A stretch of DNA of 63,907 bases, counting the filler, from Chiloscyllium plagiosum (Eukaryota): the NCBI RefSeq assembly GCF_004010195.1. It is 4 parts of one record of this genome, joined end to end, with 100 filler letters (N's around TTAATTAATTAA, not from the genome) between each part and the next. Parts side by side here need not be neighbours in the genome. Positions count along the whole stretch, not along the records: positions 49,778 to 56,713 come from NC_057715.1; positions 56,814 to 63,907 come from NC_057715.1; 2 more parts are not named here. One strand, given 5' to 3'. This document shows, one piece after another, positions 50,351-61,355 of this stretch; position 1 is the first letter of the stretch, and the number at the start of each line of letters is the position of its first letter. A program made the translations under genes and the position numbers. Below the pieces are notes generated by a model that saw nothing but the letters and a program-made list of their open reading frames with translations, made no database searches and had not been told where the DNA came from.

Positions 50351-51509
50351 TAATGATAACTAAAGATGGCCGAATGCTACACAAGTGAGAAGGATGGAGA
50401 CAGCCAGAAAAAAATTCTATGAAGATGAAGGACATTGTAACTGGAAGAAAGCTCTACTTTATGACAAGGAGAAGAATCTCATAAGATTCTACAATCTATC
50501 CATTTTCCTGATACCTCAGAAACTTGGCCACTGAGTAAGGAGCTTTAAAAGAAATAATGGTCTGTGAGATGTGGATTCCTTTTACTGATTCACAGCATAT
50601 GGTTGTTGTTGGTTGGACCAGCATGCATGGATATCTCACCACCTGTGACCAGTGAGGATCCTGTCCCTAAAAAGCCCATGGTACATTGGATTTGAGTCTG
50701 TTTAAAAATTCAAATTCCACAATCTGCCATGGCCTCCAGACCTCTGAATCTCTGGATCACTCAAAACTCCACATACAGATTATAAGACTAATTAGACGCA
50801 GAGGTGCTTGACATTGCAAGATTAGAGAGAGTTCTCAAAATGGACAGCAAGGAAAGACAATTACCAGCCACTTGATCAGAACAGAGGAGATCTCTCTTCT
50901 CAGGGGCAAAGTGGAGAACAGCAGAAAGGGGCTAGCCACAGCATAGTTGGATGACGTATGTGACAAAACTGTTGTGCGAAGATAGGGTAAAACACACAAA
51001 CCTGACACCGTGACAGCAGACTGCCTTACCAAGAATTACAAACAGCAGCACACCATTCCTGCTTGCACACTCCTCAAAACCCAAATTGTACTCCACACTC
51101 AGTCTGCCACTGCCTTTCCCTCCCTGTTCACCAAACTGGATATTTGTGTATTTCTCAGCTGGTCATTGCGTGTGAGATATTTTAAGGAAGCTAATGAAAC
51201 ATTTCATCTCTTATGGTGAAGCCAAAGGTATCAGAGATAATGCTTTCCATTTTGAACTGCGAGAAACCACAACATTGAAACATACTAAACCAACGTCTTT
51301 CTTGAGTGTCAGAATCAGCCGACTGTCACACCACAGCCGGTTACTGAGCACAGCAACAGGAAATTTGCAAAACAACAGACACCACCAGTACTAACACAAT
51401 TCAGCGGCGAGGTGTTCAACGGATCAATTAGACAGTTGGAACAGAAATGATAACAAGCTACAGAAGGAAAAGGCAGACCTGTTTAAAAAAAAAAGTCTGC
51501 CTTCTGATA

Positions 51510-51670
51510 TGGAGGAGCCGGTGTTGGACTGGGGTGGACAAAGTTAAAAATCACATAACACCTGGTTATAGTCCGATAGCTATCTGATGAAGGAGCAGCG
51601 CTCCAAAAGCTAGTGCTTCCAAATAAACCTGTTAGACTATAACCTGGTGTTGTCTGATTTTTAACTTTGT
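51510..51670. mobile_element. Short inverted-repeat element with a hammerhead-like core
   Basis: aaagttaaaaatca...ggttatagtc inverted to gactataacc...tgatttttaacttt; CTGATGA-a-ggagc(agc)gctcc-aaaa; TSD cttctgata (51501-09 / 51671-79). Confidence 0.65.
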
Positions 51671-52024
51671 CTTCTGATAGAAATCACAAAAAAACCCAGA
51701 AATTTGGGAACCAAGGATTTGGCAAGTGTGAGGGACTCAAACAAATAAATATTAATTTAAACATGGAGAAAATCTTCTTGAGTTGACAACCTGTATATTG
51801 AAAAGTAGTGGCTATGGAGATTAAGGATGTGTTGATTTTAATTGTCTAGATTTGGTTTCAAGGACATTCCTTGTGGATTGAAAGAAGGCCTATGCTGCTC
51901 CTATGATCCCAAGTTTGGAATTGTAATTTCCCTGGAAAGAGAGAAAATGGGGTAACTCAGGCCACTAGGCCAAGCACGAGTATATGGACGGTGCTAGAAT
52001 CTACCCAGCTCCTGGAAAGGACAC

Positions 52025-53130
52025 TTAGAGAAAGTCAGGATGGCGAGTGGCTTGGAGGGAACTTGCAGGAGGTGGTGTCCCCATGTATCTGCTGCCTTTG
52101 ACCTTCTGGAAGGAAGAGGACAAGGGTTTGGAATGTGCCGTCTCAGAAACTTGGGTGAATTTCTGCAGTGCATCTTGTAGATAGTACACACTGCTGCTAC
52201 TGAACGTCGGTGGTGGATGTGGTGCCAATTAAGCAACTGCTTTGTTTTGGATGGTGTCAAGCTTCTTGGAGCTGCCTCCATCCAGGCACGTGGCGAGTAT
52301 TCCATCATGCTCTTGACTTGTGCCTTGTAGACAGGCTCCGGGGAGTCACAAGGTGAGTTACTCACAGCAGTAGTCCTAGCCTCTGACCTGTTCTTGTAAC
52401 CACTGGAGGTTTCCGATTTATGACTTTTGAATGCAATCCCATACAGGAGTGTGATTTTAAAGGCCCAACGTAAGGCTGTTTCCGGTACTTACAAACCACT
52501 ACTTTCCACCGCCCTGCATTGTGTTCCAACCAGTGTACAAAACAACTGGCAAACGGACTCAATAATGTATCCTGCTTGTAACTCAAAGACTCCCTGTACA
52601 TGGCAAGTCCAGTTGAGGTTTTAATTAGTGGTAACTCTTCAGGATGTTGATACAACCACTGAATTTCAAGGGACGGTAATCAGATTGCCTCTTATTGGAG
52701 ATGGTCAAGTGTCTGGCATTTGTATGGCATGAATATCATGCAAGCTGAGCAGGTGTTGCTTGGTAGCACTGTTGATGACACACTGATTGATTCCATCACT
52801 TTACAGATGATTGAGAGTAGACTGATTGGGCGGTAACTGACTGGGTTGGTTTTGTCCTGTTTTGTGTGGACAGGACACACCTGGGCAATATTCCCCATTG
52901 ACAGGGAGATGCCAATGTTGCAGTTGCACTAGAAGAGCTTGGCTAGGGGAGTGGCAAATTCTGGAGCAGTATTCAGAGCCTCCAAGGTTTCTTGGTATCA
53001 CGTGGTGTGAATAGATCTGCCTCGAAAACTGTCATCTGTAATACAGGGGACCTCTGAAGGACGAGATAGATTATCCATCTGGTTCTTCTGGCTGGATTGT
53101 TGCAAATGCTTCAGCCTTATCTAATGCACT
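52025..53130 (-). mobile_element. CR1/L2-group LINE fragment
   Basis: AQVCPVHTKQDKTNPVSYRPISLLSIICKVME; YKAQVKSMMEYSP.AW. Confidence 0.8.
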
Positions 53131-53819
53131 GATGTGTTGGGCTCTCCCACAAGAATAAAAACAAAGTGTTGGAAACACCATGAATATCAATGTTTGTAAA
53201 GTGAGAAACGGAGTTAATGTTTCAAGTTGAATGGCCTTTTCTCAGAGAAACTGAGGACTGCAGATGCTTGAGAGTCAGAGTCAACAAGTGTGGTGTTGGC
53301 ACAGCAGGTCAGGCAGCATCCGAGGAAGAGAGTCTTGTGGAATGTGACGAGGAGCTAATGCTCGAAACATCACTCTCCCACTCCTCAGATGCTGCCTGAC
53401 CTGCTGTGCTTTTCCAGCACCACACTTTGTGACTCTGCAAGTTTGGTAGCTTCACCAGGTCAGCACCTCGTCTTCAGGTATGCCTGGTGCTGCCCCTACT
53501 GCCCTCTTGCAATCTCCACTGAACCAGAAGAATGAGTAACCTGAAGGACAAAATTCCTCAGGAGTGTCACAGGGTAGATGCTAGGAGAATGCTTTCTCAA
53601 GTTGGGGAATCAAAGAGGTGAGGTGGGAAAGTGTCACAAAGTATGGTACTGGTCATTTAGGACCAAGGCAAGGACCCAAAGGACCGTGATTCATTTGAAT
53701 TCTCAGTTATTGAGTACATGAAATTAGATAGTCATTGATTCCTCACAGGATAGGTGGATCGCCATAGGCTTATTAAAATGATGGAACAGTCTCAAGGGGC
53801 CGAATGGCCTACTCCTGTT

Positions 53820-53976
53820 AAAACAAGACCTGCAGATGTTGTATATCAGAAACAAAAATAGAAATTGATCTGAGGAAGGGTCACAGGACTTGAAATGCTG
53901 CCAGACCTGCTGAATTTTTCCAGTAATTTCTGATTTTGTTTCTAAACTAAAGCATCTGCAGGTCTTTCTGTTTTTG
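53820..53976. mobile_element. PLE-derived inverted-repeat element with TSD
   Basis: Inverted arms around CTGAGGA-a-gggtc...GAAA; 14-bp TSD ggcctactcctgtt (53806-19 / 53977-90). Confidence 0.7.
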
Positions 53977-54274
53977 GGCCTACTCCTGTTCCTGTTGTTT
54001 TCTATTCTTCAATTCCCTCCATCACTCTGACAAATTCCATAACAAACTGCAACTTGCAAACCTCCATTCATCTTTAATTCACTCCCCTCCCAGAGGGAAA
54101 CACTGCTTCTGCTGTAAATTATTTTCACTTGTTGAAGAAAATTCTACTTCCTGAAGAATTGACTGTTTCACCAGAGCTGTGTGCCCTTTGAAATCTGTTA
54201 CCCGACTGGTTTAGTCTCACGTCAGATGCCTGGGGTGAGGAATGTACTGCCTGCCTGGCCCACTCCCTCATTAC

Positions 54275-54446
54275 CTTGTCACCGCTGTCTTCTGCTTCCT
54301 GCAGGATGCTGACCAGCCACTGCAGCTGACCAGCTGGATCAGTCGAGTTCACTAACAGCCAGAAGTTCTCATGGGAACAGAAGTTCATGTTGAGTGAAAC
54401 AAGTCGCAGTCCAGGATTGAGTTTCACTGTGTAAAACCCCGCTCTC
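54275..54446 (-). CDS. SMPD1: SMPD1 acid sphingomyelinase exon 3
   Basis: Minus-strand CAG acceptor and GTAA donor; 172 nt (the human exon 3 length); [57 protein letters not shown]. Confidence 0.96.
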
Positions 54447-54769
54447 CTGAGTGAGAAACACACAGTCAACAACAAGCACAGAGCTCTCCAAACCACCCAG
54501 ATCCTCCCTGGACCGAGAGAACCATTACCTCCTTCAGCCTTCACCAGCCCCCAAATGGACTCTGCACATTTCCCCCTGGTCTTGAACACCTACATGGTCT
54601 TAACAATTGTGCAATCCCCTGCATATGTGATATGTTTAAGAAGCAGATTTAGTCACTGCTATGGATGCTGAGACAACTTCACCCCACTGCGATGACCATC
54701 CTCAACTTGTCCAACTTGAAGAGGACCAGGGGAGTCAGGGTCTGTACGTTTGCTGCACCAAACCAGCTT

Positions 54770-56460
54770 CTGTCACACAGTCACAGAGATCGACAGCACA
54801 GAAAATACCCTTCGGCCCATCAAGTCTACACTGGTCAAAAACTACCACCTAACTATTCTAATCCTATTTCCCAGCACTTGGTCCGTGGCCTTGTCTGCCT
54901 AGGTATCAGAAGTGTACATCTAAGTTCTTCAATAATGCTCTGAAGATTTCTACCTCTCCCACTCTCACAGATAGTGAGTTCCAGATTCCCACCACCCTCT
55001 GGATGAAGATGTTTTTCCTCACATCTCCTCTAAACCTCCTGCACCTTACCTTAAATATATGCCCACGGTCACTGATCCCTCTATTAAGGGCAAATGCTTC
55101 TTCCTGTCTATAAGACCATAAGATATAGCTGAAATCGGCCATTCAGCCCACTCAGTCTGCTCTGCCTTTCAATCATGGCTGATATGTTTCTCAACCTCAC
55201 TCTCCTCTCCTTACCCCATTACCCTTGATCCTGTACCAAGGATCAACCTCTCTTAAATACAGTCAGTGACTTGGCCTCCACAACCCTCTGTGGCAATGAT
55301 TTCCTTAGATTCACCACCACTCTCAGGCTGAAGACATTCCTTGCTACCTCAGTTCTCAAGGGTTGTCCCTTCACTCTGAGGCTATCCTTTTGGGTCCTAG
55401 TCTCTCCTGCTAGTGGAAACATCTTCCCCATGCCTACTCTGTTCAGGCCCCTCAGTGTTCTGTAAGTTTCAGTCAGATTCCCTGCCCCCAAAACAACCAT
55501 CTTTGTAAACTCCATCAAGTACAGACCCAGAGTCCTCAAATACTCCTCATATAACAAGCCCTTTCTTCCCTGGGATCATTCTTGTAAATCTCCTCTGGAT
55601 CCCCTCCAAGGCCAGCACATTCCTTCCTTAGATATGAGGACCAAAACTGCTCACAATATTCCAAATGCAGCCTGAGCAGAGCTTCATACAGCCTCAGCAG
55701 TACATCTCTGCTCTTGTATTACAGCTTGCTTGAATGAAATGCTAATATTGCATTTGCCTTCCTAACTGCCAGCTGAACCTGCATGTTAACTGTAACAGAA
55801 TCCTGAACTAGGTCTCTCCATGATTCTTTGTGCTTCAGATTTCCAAAGCCCTTCAAAGTTTAGATAACAGTCAATGCCTCTATTCTTCACAAAGTATATA
55901 ACCTCATACTTTCCCACACTGTATTCTCTCTGCCACTTCTTTGTCCACAATCCTAGCCTGTCCCAAGTTCTTCTGCAGCCTCCCTGTTTCTTCAATGTTA
56001 TCTGTCCCTCCATCTACCTTTGTGTCATCTGCAAACTTAGCAACAATGTCCTCAGTTCCTTTATCCAGATCATTAATATATAACATGAATCACTGTGGTG
56101 CCAACACTGACCTCTGCTAAACTCAACTCGTCACTGATTGCCATTCTGAAAAAGGCCCCTTTATTCCAACTCTCTGACTTCTGCCAGTCAGCCAATCCTG
56201 TATCCAGGCCAGTACCTTGTCCCTAACACCACGGGCTCTTATCTTATTTAGCAGCCTCCTGTGTGGCACCTTGTCAAAGACCTTCTGGAAATGCAGATAG
56301 ATCATCTCCACTGGCTCTCCTTTGTCTAACTTGCTCTTTCCCTCCTCTGGAATTTTAACCGATTTGTCAGGCGTGACCTTTCCTTGAGGAAGCTGTGCTG
56401 ACCCAGTCCAATTTTACCATGCACTTCCAATCCCTCACAATCTTATTCTTAATAATGGGA
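54770..56460 (-). mobile_element. Tandem CR1 fragments in SMPD1 intron 2
   Basis: YLHFQKVFDKVPHRRLL, YINDLD..KFADDTK, RGHIFKVR..FIQRVVGIWNSL. Confidence 0.85.
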
Positions 56461-56713
56461 CTCCAAAATCACAAGAGTCCACCAGCTCTCACATCATGCA
56501 GTTAGAACACATTGCCTGGCCCGGCATTTCTATTTTATTTACTTCGTTTGATTTAAAAAATGTTCCTCTTGAGTCTTTCCGTCTTTTACTTTGTAACTTA
56601 TTAATATTCCACCTATTTACCTTCAATCTGAAAGTAACTTGTAATCACAAACTATCGCCAGTCAATTAACTTCCTGAAATATTGCCAAACCTGTCCCCCC
56701 CTCCACACCGCAT

Positions 56714-56813
56714 NNNNNNNNNNNNNNNNNNNNNNNNNNNNNNNNNNNNNNNNNNNNTTAATTAATTAANNNNNNNNNNNNNNNNNNNNNNNNNNNNNNN
56801 NNNNNNNNNNNNN
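56714..56813. other. Artificial scaffold join (44N-TTAATTAATTAA-44N)
   Basis: Identical 100-nt construct. Confidence 0.97.
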
Positions 56814-57745
56814 GGCGGTGCAGGGTTGTGGGACTATGAGGTTGGAGGCGGTGGATGGGAGATCCCCTGAGGTGATGAGGTTATGGATGGTCTGGGAGAT
56901 GATGGTTTGGTGGTGGGAAGTGAGGTCATGGTCAAGGGGGCAGTAGGAGGAGGTGTCCGCGAATTGGCGTCTAGCTTCAGTGGTGTAAAGATCGGTGCGC
57001 CAAACTACCACTGCGCCTCCCTTGTCTGCCAGTTTGATGGTGAGGTTGGGGTTGGAGCAGAGGGAGTGGAGGGCTGCACGTTGCGAGGGTGAGAGGTTGG
57101 AGTGGGTGAGAGGGGTGGACAAGTTGAGGCAGTCAATGTCACGGCAGCAGTTGGATATGAAGAGATCGAGGGCGGGTCAGAGGCCAGCATGGGGTGGATG
57201 GGGTGTGTTGGAGGCGGGAGAAGGGGTCGTCAGAGGGTGGGCGAGAGCCCTGGTTGAAGAACTAGGCGCAGAGGCAAAGGCAGCGGAAGAAATGCTCGAT
57301 GTTTTGCCGCGTGTCAAACTCATTGATCCGGGAGCGAAGGGGGATGAAGGTGAGGCCTCTGCTGAGGACTGATCGTTCATCCTCAGAGAAGGGGAGGTCT
57401 GGAGGGATGGTGAAAATACAGCAGGGCTGGGAGCTTGGACCTGGTGTGGGGCCGGAGCTGGGCGCGGGGGCAGGGTTAGGTGTGGGGGCGGAGATGCATG
57501 CGGCGTGGTCGTTATGCAGGTGAGTGACGTCACTGGGGGCGGAAGTGGCTGCGGCGATGGCAGAAATGGCGTTGTTCCCGGCAGTGGTGGACCCCGCGGA
57601 GGCTGTGTATCTGTCGGCGATGGTCTTCCTGGCGATCGTGGAGGCTGCATGGTCGGTGGGTGCGGAGGTGACGTCATGGTTCGCGGTGGCGGTTGCTGCA
57701 GCCGCCGCATGGTTAATGGCGCCCGAGCGGTTCCAGAGGCCGATG
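56814..57745 (-). mobile_element. Penelope-like element ORF, N-terminal RT region
   Basis: NLSPSQRAALHSLCSNPNLTIKLADKGGAVVVW..Y......DTSSY (the PLE-diagnostic DKG motif); CpG-rich. Confidence 0.85.
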
Positions 57746-57749
57746 GAAG

Positions 57750-58235
57750 ATTTTTATAGGTGTGCCATCGAGATGTATCACTCCCTGGTATGGTAACTGT
57801 ACTATTCCAGATCGGAGATGGTTACAGAGAGTGGTGAACTCGGCCCGGACAATCACAAAGGCCAACCTCCCATCTATGGAATCCACTCACCAGGCCCACT
57901 GTCAAGGAAAGGCCGCCAGCATTCTCAAAGATCCATCCCACCCTGGCAATGTTTTTCTACAACCTCTACCATCGGGGAGAAGGTACAGAAGCTGAACACA
58001 CGCACCAGCCGGTTTCGAAACAGTTTCTACCCAACTGTTGGCAGAATTCTGAATGAACTCACAAACTCTTAACATTCGCCTGTACCTGTGTTTTGGTTTT
58101 GCTGCTGTTTACCTATTATTTACTAGCTGTGCTCCTTAACTCTGTGAGCTGCCTGTATTGCTCACAAGACACAGCTTTTCACTGTGCCTCGGTACACGGG
58201 ACAATAAATTCAACTCAAATTCAAATTTGAATTCA
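57750..58235 (+). mobile_element. Rex1/Babar-type LINE 3' end
   Basis: CITPWYGNCT..DRRWLQRVVNSARTI....LPS...ILKDPSHPG..FLQPLPSGRRYRS (DUF1891-like); aataaattcaa tail. Confidence 0.8.
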
Positions 58236-59281
58236 ATAAATGGTTATGTGGTAAACAGGAAACAGTAGAGGAACTTTTGGCAAGGTGTAAGGCGTGGTGT
58301 CCCGCGGTGATCTGTGCCAGGGTCTCAACTTGTTATGTTTTATTCACACGGTGAGAGGTTTCAGAGCTCCAACATGGCAGGGGGGGGGCTCTAAGTGTCC
58401 TTGGGAATGAATCACAAGGGTTTCCTTTAGCGGATACAGCAGGTAATCGGGGAAGCTAATGGAATGTAGCTGCTTATTGTGAAGGGAACTGAATGTAAGA
58501 GTCAGGAACCTATCCTTCAGTTTTACAGGCACTGGTGAGACTGTATCTGGAGGCCTGTCAGTCAGATTGCTAAGTTTATTTAAGGAAGAATTGGAAGCAG
58601 TGAATTAAACATGATCTAAACTAACGTCAAGATTAGAGTGGTGCTGGAAAAGCACAGCAGATCAGGCAGCATCTGAGGAGCAGGAAAATCGACGTGTTGG
58701 GCAAAAGCCCTTCATCAGGAATGATCTAGACTAATACCTGGAAAGGACGTGTGGTGTTACGAGATAGGTCGGGTTTGTGATTGTTGGACTTTAGAAAGAA
58801 GAGATATACAAGGATCCTGAATGGTCTGGACAAGGTGGAGGTGGAGATCTTATGGAGGATTCTAGAACTAGGCCTCACTGTTTCAAGCAGCCTGGGGTTT
58901 CCCATTTCACACAGGGGTCAGGAGAATCTCTTCCCTCATAGAGAGTCGTGGGTCTTTGGAAGTCTCTTTTGCAAAGTCTTGGAATATTTGGAAGGTGGAG
59001 GTGGATACTTTCTTGATAAACAAGAGGGTGTGAAAGATTACTGAAAGAACCAGATCAGCCGTGATCTTATTGAAGGAGGGAGCAGGCCCCTGTTCCATGT
59101 TTCTCTGTTTCGAGGAATCCAACAAGGGATAATCTTCACTCTTGTAAAACCCTCTTGCAATAAGCATCCTGTTTTCCTTCCTAATTACCTACAGCCCCTG
59201 CCCGTTAATTGTCACTGAGGAATGGGAAAGGGTCAGTGTGGAATTCATGATCTCTTGGTGATGCTGAGGTCAACAGTATTG

Positions 59282-59407
59282 GGAGAAAGTGAGGGCCGCA
59301 GATGCTGGAGATCAGAGTCGAGAGTGAGGTGCTGGAAAAGCACAGCAGGTCAGGCAGCATGCGAGGGGCAGGAGAATCGACGTTTTGGACATAAGCCCTT
59401 CATCAGG
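59282..59407 (-). mobile_element. Short PLE-derived element with TSD
   Basis: Family head sequence plus minus-strand CTGATGA core; TSD aacagtattg (59272-81 / 59408-17). Confidence 0.75.
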
Positions 59408-60202
59408 AACAGTATTGATACAATTCAGGGGAAGCCAAATAACCAGCAAATAATAGAGAGAGCTGCTGATATTGTTAAATGTGGGGAAGAATGGGAAGAA
59501 GCTTTTAGTGGACTATATCATGGAGCAGATGGGTGAATGGTCTCTGTCTGTGCTCTAACGTTGATGTATTTCTGCATTAATCTGTTTGGAATGAAGCTAT
59601 TTTCCCCCGACATGAGTTTAGATTGTTATATCTTGCTGATCAGGTTAACACGGCTGTAATATTCTGGGTTGACATTATCCATGTGGAATTGTCCACCGGA
59701 ACAGCACAGATTCAGGGAAGGCCATCTGCAGTTACCAGACACTCCATCAGCTCCATCACTGACCAGCCCACAGTCCTTTATTGGGGTTGGTGACCTTTTA
59801 TAACAGGAGGCAGCTTTGTTTGGTTATTTATGAATGTACAAAATTTATTTTGAAGAGGTCATTCGGCCCAGCTGCGGCCTGTTGGTATTGATATTTTCAG
59901 ATGAAGCTCCTCCTATTCCTGTTTGATGAGGTGTACAGATTCCACAGATATGTCCAGGTGGGTGTTGCTAGTATCTCCCTGCTCCTGGTCAATGAGATGG
60001 GCTGATGAGATGAAGGCAGCTGGCTGGCTCTGGGCTCTTGCTAGGCACGCGTTCTGCTCTGTGACAGGGGGTAACACTTACAAAGTATCTCATTCACTGC
60101 GAAGCACTTTGGGATGTTCTGACTGTGTGAGGGTGCAGTGGAAACACCAGCCGTCATAATTAACCAGTGACAGAGTCTGGGTGTGTTGCTTGGAACATGA
60201 GG

Positions 60203-60411
60203 AGAAAGTGAGGTCTGCAGATGCTGGAGATCAGGGCTGAAAATGTGTTGCTGGAAAAGCGCAGCAGGTCAGGCAGCATCCAGGGAACAGGAGAATCGAC
60301 GTTTCGGGCATAAGCCCTTCTTCAGGAATTATGGGCTTATGCCCGAAACGTCGATTCTCCTGTTCCCTGGATGCTGCCTGACCTGCTGCGCTTTTCCAGC
60401 AACACATTTTC
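60203..60411. mobile_element. Palindromic PLE-derived element
   Basis: Inverted arms; 16-bp TSD tgcttggaacatgagg (60187-202 / 60412-27). Confidence 0.8.
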
Positions 60412-60439
60412 TGCTTGGAACATGAGGCTGGAGAGCACA

Positions 60440-60745
60440 TCGAATCATAGAATCCCTGCAGTGAGGAAGCAGGCCATTCGCCCCATCGAGTCCACACTGA
60501 TTCTTTGAAGAGCATCCCATCCCCATAACTGCATTTCTCATGGCTAACCCACCTAACCCTGAACACCATGGGTAATTTAGCACGGCCAATCCACCCTGAC
60601 CTTCACATCTTTGGACTGTGGGAGGAAACCCATGCAGGCACGGGGAGAATGTGCAAACTCCACACAGTCACCCGAGGCTGGAATCGAACCCGGGTCCCTG
60701 GCGCTGTGAGGGACCAGTGCTCACCACTGTGTGACTGTACCGCCC
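60440..60745 (-). mobile_element. HE1-related SINE
   Basis: Reverse complement contains cgggttcgattccagcctcgggtgactgtgtggagtttgcacattctcccc. Confidence 0.75.
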
Positions 60746-61140
60746 ATGGGGTGCCAACTGGGGTCCCATCCAGATTCCGAGGTCACTACTGAACAAGATC
60801 CTCCCTTCCGGACGTGCTTAGTTCAGACACTAAGGTGCACATAACACAACCTTTGCTCTTTAGACGGTGATTTCTGTAAAATACAAATTGTTTCAAACAG
60901 CAACATATCGAGAAATCTCACCTTCGATTTACAGCAGTCACACCTTGGATTCTTTGGGAATAGGAGGAGGCCATTCAGCCCCTCAAGCCAATTCTATCAA
61001 GTTTTGGTTGGTCAGTAACTCCCCTTTTCTCTGTATCCTCAGTACCCCACCCAATAAAATCCATCAAGAGTCAGTCCTGAACCCTCAGTTGCCCCAGCAG
61101 TATCTAAAGGCCTGAGGGACTGAAGATGGAGGGAGTGTGA

Positions 61141-61355
61141 TCAGAGCTGAAAATGTGTTGCTGGAAAAGCGCAGCCAGTCAGGCAGTATCCAAGGAACAG
61201 GAGAATCGATGTTTCGGGCATGAGCCCTTCTTCAGGGATCTCATGCCCGAAACATCGATTCTCCTGCTCCTTGGATGCTGCCTGACCTGCTGCGCTTTTC
61301 CAGCAACACATTTCCAGCTCTGATCTCCAGCATCTGCAGACCTCACTTTCTCCTC
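61141..61355. mobile_element. Palindromic PLE-derived element
   Basis: Inverted arms; TSD ggagtgtga (61132-40 / 61356-64). Confidence 0.8.

Noticed and set aside
50855..51001. 147-nt minus-strand exon-like segment in the SMPD1 intron
   Set aside because: Stop codon in the phase-0 frame and no similarity to SMPD1.
52493..52571. 79-nt minus-strand AG...GTAAGT segment as SMPD1 exon 4
   Set aside because: No frame encodes GHIPP or WSWNY, the length is wrong for the phases, and it lies in an insert within a LINE.
57200..57745. CpG island or promoter of SMPD1
   Set aside because: The CpG richness lies within a Penelope-like ORF, and SMPD1 exons 1-2 are not nearby in the assembled sequence.
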